A stretch of DNA of 53,954 nt, taken from positions 1-53,954 of the forward strand of contig CAZCSS010000001.1 of assembly GCA_964501515.1 (NCBI GenBank). The letters are read 5' to 3'. The stretch comes from an uncultured archaeon. Its GTDB lineage: Archaea; Aenigmatarchaeota; Aenigmatarchaeia; QMZP01. The position numbers and the translations under genes were made by a program. Under the pieces are notes generated by a model. It was not told the DNA's origin and did not search any database. It saw only the letters and a program-made list of their open reading frames with translations. Each line of letters begins with the position of its first letter. Position 1 is the stretch's first letter. Positions 27,894 to 36,188 of the stretch are shown piece by piece.

Positions 27894-28045
27894 TTTATAA
27901 TTATATAGTGGAGAATGGGTTTATAAAGCTTTCTATTACTGGGGTGGTGGTTTTTGCCGGGAAAAGCCCTTTTTGGGCGCTGCGAATGGTTTTTGGGGCG
28001 CTGACGCCAAAACTGTTTTGCAGGAAACCGAAACATCAGTTGCGG

Positions 28046-28507
28046 TCAGTGATCATGCTCTATTCCCATGGTGATCCTTTCCGAGATCTCATGGTCCTTC
28101 TTCAGGTCATCCGGGACGGGCCTTTTGTTCTTCCTGAGATAATCGTATATGGCCTCCTTGAGGGCGCTTGCGGCCAGAACAGAACAGTGTATCTTCTGGG
28201 GGGGCAGTCCCTCCACCTCCTTGACAATGTCTTGCTTTGAGACTTTAAGGGCCTCCTCTATTGTTTTTCCCTTGACCATGTCCGTGATGACAGAGGATGT
28301 CACAATAGCAGCAATGCAGCCAAAGGTCTTGACCTTTATGTCTTTTATCACATCCCTTCCGTTCGGGCTCCTGGATACTCTCAGGTAAAGCCACATCAAG
28401 TCTCCGCACATGGGGTTGCCCACCTTTCCCAGGCCGTCCGGGTTTTTGATTTCACCCATGTTTCTGGGATGGCTGAATATTTCCATTACCTTCTTTGAAT
28501 ACCTCAT
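28046..28507 (-). CDS. iscU: Fe-S cluster scaffold IscU/NifU-like
   Basis: YSKKVMEIFSHPRNMG, NPMCGD, FGCIAAI and HCSVLA. Confidence 0.9.
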   Translation of the reverse strand: MRYSKKVMEIFSHPRNMGEIKNPDGLGKVGNPMCGDLMWLYLRVSRSPNGRDVIKDIKVKTFGCIAAIVTSSVITDMVKGKTIEEALKVSKQDIVKEVEGLPPQKIHCSVLAASALKEAIYDYLRKNKRPVPDDLKKDHEISERITMGIEHDH

Positions 28508-28511
28508 TTTC

Positions 28512-28775
28512 TCATCTTCCATGGCTTTGTTTGCTTTTTGGTTTCTGCACAGCTGCATTGAGATCCCTGACCAGCGAATCAGGGTCTATGCCATGAGCAA
28601 GGGCCCCTGCCTCTATTGACTCATAAGCTGCAACCGCGCAGCCGATGCAGTGGAGACCGTGCTTCTGAAAGACAGGAACGGTCTCGGGAAAGTTCATCAC
28701 CGTTTCTGCAAGGATCATGTTCTTGCTTATCTTCCCTGCTTTCCGCGGTTTGGTATCTGGCCTTGTTTTTCTCAT
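28512..28775 (-). CDS. DUF1858 protein (hybrid-cluster-protein-associated redox disulfide domain)
   Basis: ILAETVMNFPETVPVFQKHGLHCIGCAVAAYESIEAGALAHGID. Confidence 0.75.
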   Translation of the reverse strand: MRKTRPDTKPRKAGKISKNMILAETVMNFPETVPVFQKHGLHCIGCAVAAYESIEAGALAHGIDPDSLVRDLNAAVQKPKSKQSHGR

Positions 28776-29932
28776 GTATCCTCCTTTATCTGTTTGACCT
28801 TCATTGGGCTTATGGCCCTCAGATGCCTGACTATTACAGGAAGCACATCCAGTGTATAGTCTATGTCCTCCTTTGTGGTGTGCTTCCCAAGGGTAAGTCT
28901 TAAGCTTCCATGTGCCTTGACACGGGAAAGGCCTATTGCTGTCAACACATGCGAAGGTTCCAGGGACTCGCTCGAGCAGGCCGAACCGGTTGAGCCGGCG
29001 ATTCCCTTCATGTCAAGATGAAGAACAAGGGACTCTCCCTCTATCCCGTAAAAGCCGAAGTTGGCATTGTTCGGGATGCGGTTCTTTCTGGGGCCGTTCA
29101 GCCAGGAATGCGGTATTTTTAGGGTGTTGCCAATGAGATAATCGCGGAGTTTTGAAAGGCGGGCGGCCTCGGAGTCCATCTCCTTCATGGAGAGTTCGGC
29201 GGCCTTTCCGAACCCCACTATTCCGGGGACGTTCTCTGTTCCTGCCCTTAGATTGAACTCCTGTGAACCCCCGCGGATGAGTGGCTCTATCTCAACACCC
29301 TTGCGAACATACAGGCATCCCACTCCCTTCGGGCCGTAGAGTTTATGGGCAGAAGCGCTCAGGAGGTCTATGCTCATCCTCCTGACATCAACAGGAACCT
29401 TCCCAAATGTCTGGACAGCATCAGTGTGGAACAAAATCCCCTTCTCGCGGCAGATTTTTGCAATCTCGGCTATGGGTTCCAGGGTCCCTATTTCGTTGTT
29501 TCCGTGCATCACAGAAACCAGTTTTGTCTTCTTTCGAATGGATTCAGAGACCTGCTCGGGGGTGACAAACCCTTCCTTGTCAACAGGGAGATAGGTTACC
29601 TCAGCGCCCTGTTTTTCAGCGGCCTGCGCGGCGTAAAGCACACAGTGATGCTCTATGGCCGTGGTTATCATGTGGTCGCCTTTTCCAATGGATCTGATTA
29701 CTGTGTTGTTTGATTCCGAACCCCCTGAAGTGAAGATAATCTCAGTTGGGGAGGCATTAATCACCTTTGCAACTTTTTCTCTCGCTTCCTCAATGGCATC
29801 GTCGCACTCCCTTCCAAAGGAATGAAGGGAGGAAGCGTTCCCGAATTTCTCAGTGAAGTGGGGGAGCATGGCCTCCAGGACCTCACTGTCAGTGGGCGTG
29901 GTTGCTGCATAATCAAGATAAATTCTTTTCAT
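28772..29932 (-). CDS. nifS: Cysteine desulfurase (NifS/IscS class)
   Basis: IYLDYAATTP, PLP-lysine motif SASAHKLYGPKG, and active-site GSACSS. Confidence 0.95.
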   Translation of the reverse strand: MKRIYLDYAATTPTDSEVLEAMLPHFTEKFGNASSLHSFGRECDDAIEEAREKVAKVINASPTEIIFTSGGSESNNTVIRSIGKGDHMITTAIEHHCVLYAAQAAEKQGAEVTYLPVDKEGFVTPEQVSESIRKKTKLVSVMHGNNEIGTLEPIAEIAKICREKGILFHTDAVQTFGKVPVDVRRMSIDLLSASAHKLYGPKGVGCLYVRKGVEIEPLIRGGSQEFNLRAGTENVPGIVGFGKAAELSMKEMDSEAARLSKLRDYLIGNTLKIPHSWLNGPRKNRIPNNANFGFYGIEGESLVLHLDMKGIAGSTGSACSSESLEPSHVLTAIGLSRVKAHGSLRLTLGKHTTKEDIDYTLDVLPVIVRHLRAISPMKVKQIKEDT

Positions 29933-29936
29933 GTTT

Positions 29937-30731
29937 TCATCTCAGCCATTTTCTGAACCATTCTATTGCAAGGGCTTGCCTTTTTTCCTTCCACCCGGGC
30001 CGCGAATACCAGTGGTCTCCTCCTTCAATCACCTCCAGGACATCATGAGGCTTCAGGTTCTGCATGAGTTTCCTGCTCTGCATTACAGGAACCTGCTGGT
30101 CCCTGTCGCCGTGTATCACAAGGACAGGGCATCTTATCTTGCGGGCTGCTGAAAACACATCCTGGGAAAGGCCGTCCTCAACAAATGCATAGCTTATCCT
30201 GAATCTCTCTCCCTTTGCATTGGTTCTGTATGCGAAGCCCTGTGATTTCCATTCCTCAAGGTTGTCGTTGTTTCCGGCGTCCCAGACCGTGCTTCTGAAG
30301 TCGCACACAGGAGAGACAGCGACAATGGCTTTTATTCTGGTGTCCTCTGAAGCAGCGAGCAGGGAGGCCATCCCCCCGAGGCTGGAGCCTGTCACGCCGA
30401 TTCTTTCCGGGTCTATTCCCTTTGTCTTTTCAAGGAAGTCAATGGCGCTTATGACATCCTGCGCTTCTTCAGAAACCCTGATGTTCTCTGGCGAGCCCTC
30501 GCTATCGCCGCTGTTGGCAAAATCGAATCTGAGTGCAGCAAAACCCTGCACTGCCAGGGCCTCTGCAAAGTTTGTTCTGGATCTTGTGTCCTTGTTGGAA
30601 AGAAAGCCATGGCATATGATCACTGCGGGGAACATGGGAAGGGATTTGCCCTGCACAGGGGTGTCTGGGATATGGAGAACACCGGCGAGCGTCTGCCCTC
30701 TACTGTTTTCAAAATTCACCTTTTTCTGCAT
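29937..30731 (-). CDS. Alpha/beta hydrolase
   Basis: Nucleophile elbow GSSLGG and the distal HGDRD. The start is ATG 30731. Confidence 0.8.
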   Translation of the reverse strand: MQKKVNFENSRGQTLAGVLHIPDTPVQGKSLPMFPAVIICHGFLSNKDTRSRTNFAEALAVQGFAALRFDFANSGDSEGSPENIRVSEEAQDVISAIDFLEKTKGIDPERIGVTGSSLGGMASLLAASEDTRIKAIVAVSPVCDFRSTVWDAGNNDNLEEWKSQGFAYRTNAKGERFRISYAFVEDGLSQDVFSAARKIRCPVLVIHGDRDQQVPVMQSRKLMQNLKPHDVLEVIEGGDHWYSRPGWKEKRQALAIEWFRKWLR

Positions 30732-30748
30732 TATTATCACAAGAGAAC

Positions 30749-30934
30749 CTATTCGACCAGCTTTATTGCGCCTTGGGGACAGTTGGATACGCACGCCCCG
30801 CACTGGATGCAATCCTTTGGCCTGGCCACATGGGACTTGCCGTCTTTCATCTCAAAAACATCGGCCGGGCACACCGAAACGCATGTCCCGCATCCTGTAC
30901 ACTTCTTAAGGTCAACTTGAGGGTGTTTTGCCAT
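30749..30934 (-). CDS. 2x[4Fe-4S] ferredoxin
   Basis: CTGCGTCVSVCP and CIQCGACVSNCP. Confidence 0.9.
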   Translation of the reverse strand: MAKHPQVDLKKCTGCGTCVSVCPADVFEMKDGKSHVARPKDCIQCGACVSNCPQGAIKLVE

Positions 30935-31108
30935 TCAAATACCTCCGATTTTCAGCTGTTGAACCGACGGCCTGTAAACCAGGGCCGTTGTGTGATTGTT
31001 AAATTGGGAACGGGGTTTTATATAGATTATATAACACTGTTATATTCTTAAATAGTTTACGCCCCCCCCCCGACACGTCAATAACACCCCTAACCGGTCT
31101 GCCCTGCA

Positions 31109-31807
31109 CTACACCCTGACTTCCACCTTGCCAAAAAATGGCCTCAGGTCTTCTGCAAAAACCCTGAGCTCCCCGGCAGAATAGGGTTTCTCCTTCTGAT
31201 AGGATTTGTCCAGGGTTATGTTCGGCCGGAACTGCTGGAGCACATACTTTTCCGAGCCCTTCAGCCACCTTGCCATATTCATGAGATCTTCGCTGCTGTG
31301 AAGTATGGGGAGCACAGTGGTCCTGAACTCGTATCCAATCCCGCTTTCCCTTATAATCCTCACGCTCTTCTGTATGGCTGACTTATCCACCCTGGCATTC
31401 ACAACCTTCTCATACTTCTCCAGGGGGGCCTTGATGTCCATTGATACGTAGTCCAGAAGGTTCTTCGCCAGAAGGGATTCCAGCATCCCCGGGTTCGAGC
31501 CGTTTGTGTCCAGCTTGACCATATAGCCCAGTGATTTTATCCTGCTTATAAAGGAGGGCAAACTGCTGTAAATGGTGGGCTCACCTCCTGTTATCACCAC
31601 CCCGTCAAGCCACTGCTTTCTTTTCAGAAGAAACTCAATTACGCTCTTCTCTGGTATTGTCCTGAGCCGGGTGTTGGGTGTTTCCACAAGATCAGGGTTC
31701 TGGCAGAAGGGGCAACGGAAGTTGCATCCTCCTGTGAAAATCACGCATGACACCAGACCCGGATAATCCACTGCAGATGTTTTCTGAATGCCTTTTATGG
31801 GTATCAT
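31109..31807 (-). CDS. nrdG: Anaerobic ribonucleotide reductase activating protein (radical SAM)
   Basis: GGCNFRCPFCQNP. It starts 4 nt after the nrdD stop. Confidence 0.9.
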   Translation of the reverse strand: MIPIKGIQKTSAVDYPGLVSCVIFTGGCNFRCPFCQNPDLVETPNTRLRTIPEKSVIEFLLKRKQWLDGVVITGGEPTIYSSLPSFISRIKSLGYMVKLDTNGSNPGMLESLLAKNLLDYVSMDIKAPLEKYEKVVNARVDKSAIQKSVRIIRESGIGYEFRTTVLPILHSSEDLMNMARWLKGSEKYVLQQFRPNITLDKSYQKEKPYSAGELRVFAEDLRPFFGKVEVRV

Positions 31808-31811
31808 GGTA

Positions 31812-34388
31812 TCAACCCTTGCCGGCAGCGGCCCTGATGGGTTTCCTGTCTATGGTCTCGGGGGCAAACGTCTTTCTGAACTTCCATTCCTCCTGCTTAC
31901 CGGCATTCCAATTGGAAACAGGCCTGAAATAGCCAACAATCCTTGAAAAAACCTCATTCGGCTGGCCGCATATCGGGCACTTCTGAACCTCTCCCCTCAT
32001 GTAGCCGTGGCTCTTGCAAACGCTGAATGTTGGGGTTATGGAAAAATAAGGCAGTTTTGTGTTGTGCGCTATCTTTCTCACGAGTTCTCTTGTGGCCTTC
32101 CAGTCAGCCATGCTCTCTCCAAGGAAGGTGTGGAATATGGTCCCGCCTGTGTAGAGGGGTTGTATGTCATTCTGGTGCTCCAGGGCTTCCACAATGTCCT
32201 CGGTGTAGTCAACAGGAAGCTGGGTGGAGTTTGTCAGGAAGGGCTCGGATTCTCCTGCTGTTATTATATCGGGGTGGAGTTTCTTGTCAAGCCTGGCCAG
32301 CCTGTAGGATGTGGACTCCGCAGGGGTGGCCTCAAGGTTGTAGAGGTTGCCTGTCTCATTCTGGAACTCCTTCAGTTTTTCCCTCATGAACTTCAGAACC
32401 TTTATGGTGAATTCCTTCCCTTCGGAAGTGGCTATGCTCTTGTTCATGAAATTAAGGCAGCATTCATTCATCCCCACCAAACCGATGGTGGAGAAGTGGT
32501 TGTTAAACGTTCCCAGATAGGTCTTTGTGTAAGGCATGAGCCCGTTCTCCAGATTCTTGTTCACCACCCTTCTCTTTATCTCAAGCGCGTCCCTTGCTAT
32601 TTTCATGTAGTGCTCAAGCCTTTCGAAGAACTCCTGTTCTGTCTTGGACTCGTAACCAAGCCTGTTCATGTTCAGGGTAACCACCCCTATCGAGCCTGTG
32701 TTGTCGCCCGGCCCCCACATGCTGCCCGGCCTTTTCATAAGCTCCTTCTGGTTTATGTTGAGTCTGCAGCACATGGCCCTTATGGACCTGGGGTCAAGAT
32801 TGCTTCCGACATAGTTCTGGAAGTAAGGCGTTCCGTACTTCGCTGTCATCTGAAAAAGGAGTTTGGCGTTCTCTGAATCCCAGTCAAAGTCCCTTGTTAT
32901 ATTGTAAGTGGGAATGGGGAACGTGAATATCCTTCCCATGGCATCCCCTTCTATCATGACCTCCATAAAGGCCCTGTTTATCATGTCCATCTCCTTCTGG
33001 CAGTCTCCGTATGTGAAGTCCTGGGGCTTGCCTCCCACTATGGCAGGCTCGTTCCTCATATCCTCAGGCGCGACCCAGTCAAAGGTGAGGTTGGAAAAGG
33101 GATACTGCGACCCCCACCTTGACGGTATGTTCAGAGAAAAAACAAGCTGCTGCATGTTCTGCTTCACGCTTTTGTAATCGAGATTATCGGCCCTTACAAA
33201 CGGTGCCAAAAGCGTGTCCACGGATGAGAAAGCCTGTGCTCCTGCAAACTCCATCTGCAGGCACCCTATGTAATTCACCATCTGGTGGACCACTGTGGAA
33301 AGGTGCTTTGCCGGCTTGCAGTCCACCTTGCCCTTCACCCCCCCAAAACCCATCACAAGAAGATTCTTCAGGCTCCAGCCGGCACAATAGCCTATAACAC
33401 CATGCGAAAGATCATGCAGGTGTATGTAGCCCTTTCTGTGCGCATCAGCTATAACAGGCGTGTACATCTGGGTGAGGTTATAGTTGGCCATCACCCTGCC
33501 TGCAGCATACAAAAGCAGCCCGGAGAAAGAGTACTGTTCATTGCTGTTTTCCTTCACCCTCCAGTCCATCTGGTCAATGTAGGATGATATTGTGTCATGA
33601 ACGTCAATCATTACATTTCTGGTTTCCCTGAGTTTTTCCCGCTGCTTTCTGTAGAGTATGTAGGCCTTGGCCGTGCTGGCGTGTCCGTTCTCTATGAGAA
33701 TCTTCTCCACAGTGTCCTGTATGTCCTCTACCTGAGGGATGTCCTTGCTCCCGAATTTTCCTTCAAGCGCCTCCACAACCTTGTAGGAGAGCTTCTCAGC
33801 GATCGACCTGTCCTTGCCCCCCACTGACTGGGCGGCCTTCCATATGGCCTCTGTTATCCTTTCCTGGTCAAACGGGACAACGTTCCCGCCCCTCTTCCTT
33901 ATCTTTGTTATCAGTGATTTTTTCCTTTTCTTTATCCTCTCGTCAACGAGTCTCTTCAGTTCATTCTCAAACTCGGTGATGTCCCTGAACTCCTTGTATA
34001 TTGAAGCAAACCTTATGTAGGCCACCTTGTTGATGTTCTTGAGTTTGCCTATCACAATCTCTCCCAGTCTGGATGATGATATCTCAGTGGTGCCTGTTTT
34101 CCTGAGTTCTGACTCTATCTCATTGACAGCATCATCAATCTGGCTCCTGGAAACAGGCGTTTTCTCGCATGCCTTTATTATGCTCGACTGAAGTTTATCG
34201 CGGTCGTAACTTTCCCTTCTTCCGTCTTTCTTGACCACTGTCAGGTCCAGGCTCTCTATTTTCTCATAAGTGGTGAACCTCTTTCCGCAGGAAGAGCATT
34301 GCCTTCTCCTTCTTGTGGCAGCAAGTCCTCCTGTCTCCCTCTTGTCAATAACCCTGTTGTCTTCAGAACCGCAATACGGACATTTCAT
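31812..34388 (-). CDS. nrdD: Anaerobic ribonucleoside-triphosphate reductase NrdD with a full-length NrdR-like module fused at the N-terminus (about aa 1-150)
   Basis: The N-terminus reads MKCPYCGSEDNRVIDKR...RRRRQCSSCGKRFTTYE...KVAYIRFASIYKEFRDITEF (NrdR Zn-ribbon plus ATP-cone). A second ATP-cone follows (KRGGNVVPFDQERITEAI), then the NrdD core. The C-terminus has CPICG and the glycyl-radical site SRIVGYFRP. Confidence 0.9.
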   Translation of the reverse strand: MKCPYCGSEDNRVIDKRETGGLAATRRRRQCSSCGKRFTTYEKIESLDLTVVKKDGRRESYDRDKLQSSIIKACEKTPVSRSQIDDAVNEIESELRKTGTTEISSSRLGEIVIGKLKNINKVAYIRFASIYKEFRDITEFENELKRLVDERIKKRKKSLITKIRKRGGNVVPFDQERITEAIWKAAQSVGGKDRSIAEKLSYKVVEALEGKFGSKDIPQVEDIQDTVEKILIENGHASTAKAYILYRKQREKLRETRNVMIDVHDTISSYIDQMDWRVKENSNEQYSFSGLLLYAAGRVMANYNLTQMYTPVIADAHRKGYIHLHDLSHGVIGYCAGWSLKNLLVMGFGGVKGKVDCKPAKHLSTVVHQMVNYIGCLQMEFAGAQAFSSVDTLLAPFVRADNLDYKSVKQNMQQLVFSLNIPSRWGSQYPFSNLTFDWVAPEDMRNEPAIVGGKPQDFTYGDCQKEMDMINRAFMEVMIEGDAMGRIFTFPIPTYNITRDFDWDSENAKLLFQMTAKYGTPYFQNYVGSNLDPRSIRAMCCRLNINQKELMKRPGSMWGPGDNTGSIGVVTLNMNRLGYESKTEQEFFERLEHYMKIARDALEIKRRVVNKNLENGLMPYTKTYLGTFNNHFSTIGLVGMNECCLNFMNKSIATSEGKEFTIKVLKFMREKLKEFQNETGNLYNLEATPAESTSYRLARLDKKLHPDIITAGESEPFLTNSTQLPVDYTEDIVEALEHQNDIQPLYTGGTIFHTFLGESMADWKATRELVRKIAHNTKLPYFSITPTFSVCKSHGYMRGEVQKCPICGQPNEVFSRIVGYFRPVSNWNAGKQEEWKFRKTFAPETIDRKPIRAAAGKG

Positions 34389-34429
34389 TCATAACACCTC
34401 CTGACCCCACGAGATTCGTGCGCCCTCTC

Positions 34430-34780
34430 TCAGCCAATGTAGCTGTGAACGTCCTCTTCAGCCACCACGTCCGAGACAATCTTGCCCTTCTTGACCGGTT
34501 TCTTGGGGGACGGTATCTTGCCGAACCTCTTCTCATAGTTGGCCAGATTCTCCTTGAGTATCTGCAGGAAGACCTTTATGAGATCCGGATCAAGTATTAT
34601 TGTGTTGTGCTTGACCGCTATGGTCTGCTTCTTCTGCTCGCCAACTGTGTCGATTCTGGGCGTGACCTGCTTGAAGTTTATGATGAACTTCGCGGGGCTA
34701 TGAATTATGCTTATTGAATTGGCATAGAACGCCTCTTTTCCGTGGTCAACCCTGACCTCTATCTGTTTTTTGCTTTCCAT
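34430..34780 (-). CDS. DUF3467 protein
   Basis: AFYANSISIIHSPAKFIINFKQVTPRID...LDPDLIKVFLQILKENLANYEKRFG. GTG 34789 is an alternative start. Confidence 0.7.
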   Translation of the reverse strand: MESKKQIEVRVDHGKEAFYANSISIIHSPAKFIINFKQVTPRIDTVGEQKKQTIAVKHNTIILDPDLIKVFLQILKENLANYEKRFGKIPSPKKPVKKGKIVSDVVAEEDVHSYIG

Positions 34781-34807
34781 GGGCTTCACTTCTTCCCAAT
34801 GATAAAA

Positions 34808-34823
34808 TAATCAATATATTGTA
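34808..34823. promoter_or_regulatory. NrdR-box-like palindrome 1 (aatCAATATATTGtat), overlapping a TATA-like element
   Basis: The 10-bp core CAATATATTG is a perfect palindrome and fits the NrdR-box core CwAtATaTwG. It lies 19-34 bp upstream of the operon's first start codon. Confidence 0.55.
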
Positions 34824-34839
34824 TATATCTCTAAGAGAT

Positions 34840-34855
34840 AACACAACATATTGTG
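34840..34855. promoter_or_regulatory. NrdR-box-like palindrome 2 (acaCAACATATTGtgc)
   Basis: 14 of 16 positions match the NrdR-box consensus as I recall it (acaCwAtATaTwGtgt). It starts exactly 32 bp from box 1. Confidence 0.55.
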
Positions 34856-34956
34856 CCAAGCAATATTATATTAGGCAAAAGCCCTTTATAAGAATTTTGC
34901 TTCCCAAATATACATTTTAAAGGCTCTTCTTGAAAAACAACCGCACACAGCTCTGC

Positions 34957-35863
34957 TTATGAGAAAAGCCCTGCCTCCCTGGCGTGCTCAACAACCTCCA
35001 TGTACTCTTCATGTGAGAGCGGCCTTGAGATCTCAGGATACTCTCCTGCCCTCCAGCACGGCCTGTACTGCGGCAATATGTTAACGTAGGCGTTTCCGAG
35101 ATTCTTTCCTATCCAGCCCACTATGGGCTTTGCATCGCATTCTATATGTCCGGGCATCACAAGCAGGCGGATTATAAGATCGCCTTGTCTTCCGGCAAAC
35201 AGGATGTTTCTCTTTGCTGTTTTTGGATATCCGGGCGCCTGGCTGAGCCGCACAGCGCATCTCTCGCTAAAATAGCGGAAATCCAGCAGATAAATGTCCA
35301 CTATTCCTTTCAAAAGCCCGGCAGCCTCGCTGGAATAATAGGAATTGGAATTGAATATCACCGGGATGTCAGACTTCACGTGCCTGAGAGTCTCCAGGAT
35401 GAACGGGATGAATGGTGTGGGGTCTCCGCCCACAAAGTTTACATTAAGGGCACCTGTCCTTGCAGCAGAATCTATCCACCTGGCTGCCCGCTCAGGAAAC
35501 CATGCTTCGCCATGCTCAGGACTCATGCTTTCAGGGCATTTTGACAGTAGACGCACCTCATGGTGCATCCTGACATGAACAGCGTCCCGCTTGGAACCAG
35601 TTCGGGCTCCTCCCCGTAGTGGAGATGCGCCCCAAAAAGCAGCGGCTCTTTCCCTGCACGGCAGAAACCCTTTTCTCCATTTGTTCTGTCAGCCCGCATC
35701 TCCTCACGCAGAGAACGCAGTTTTTCAGCATCCTGCGGGCTTTTCTTGTCTTCCCTTCAAGCGCACCGCTATCCGCGGCCTTCCTGAACCCCGGCTTCTC
35801 GTCTCCTGAGAGGATTCTCCGGTACCGGGGGAGGGCAGACATGTCCATGAAAGCCCTGCTCAT
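34957..35863 (-). pseudogene. PflX-like radical SAM protein (pyruvate formate-lyase activase homolog) interrupted by two 1-nt frameshifts
   Basis: Three consecutive frames carry the parts of one protein: LKNCVLCVRRCG, then ADRTNGEKGFCRAG...HLHYGEEPELVPSGTLFMSGCTMRCVYCQNA, then ESMSPEHGE...ALNVNFVGGDPTP. The frame switches fall at the ccc run 35693-35695 and the ggg run 35534-35536. Confidence 0.75.
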
Positions 35864-36168
35864 TTGCTGCTCTTCTTTTTGGCAAGAATCTTTTCCTTGA
35901 GCTTGTCATCTATCTTTGATATGTGTTTTGTGAGCACGTATATGGCCAGAACAGCAATTATGGTGACCAGCACTGCTGTGCCGAACTGGTAGGCCAAACC
36001 CTGGCCTTCAGGAACAAGTTCGTTTATAAGTCCCTGTATCGCATCTCTCCAGAAAAGAGCAGCCACAAAGGAGAAGGCAGACACTATCAGGGATATGATA
36101 ACCCCTTCAAAATTCAGCTGCTTGGCCTCTTCTTCCACTCCCATAAAATCACCCCCTGCTGTAAGCAT
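35860..36168 (-). CDS. Small membrane protein, DUF5654-like
   Basis: SAFSFVAALFWRDAIQGLI followed by a second TM helix and a lysine-rich tail. Confidence 0.5.
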   Translation of the reverse strand: MLTAGGDFMGVEEEAKQLNFEGVIISLIVSAFSFVAALFWRDAIQGLINELVPEGQGLAYQFGTAVLVTIIAVLAIYVLTKHISKIDDKLKEKILAKKKSSK

Positions 36169-36188
36169 CACTGTTTAACAGTTTAATA

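Noticed and set aside
31062-31071. The C10 homopolymer tract as a phase-variation switch
   Set aside because: It is intergenic, lying between nrdG and the ferredoxin gene, and is not in or near a start codon or a recognisable promoter element. It may simply be prone to sequencing error.
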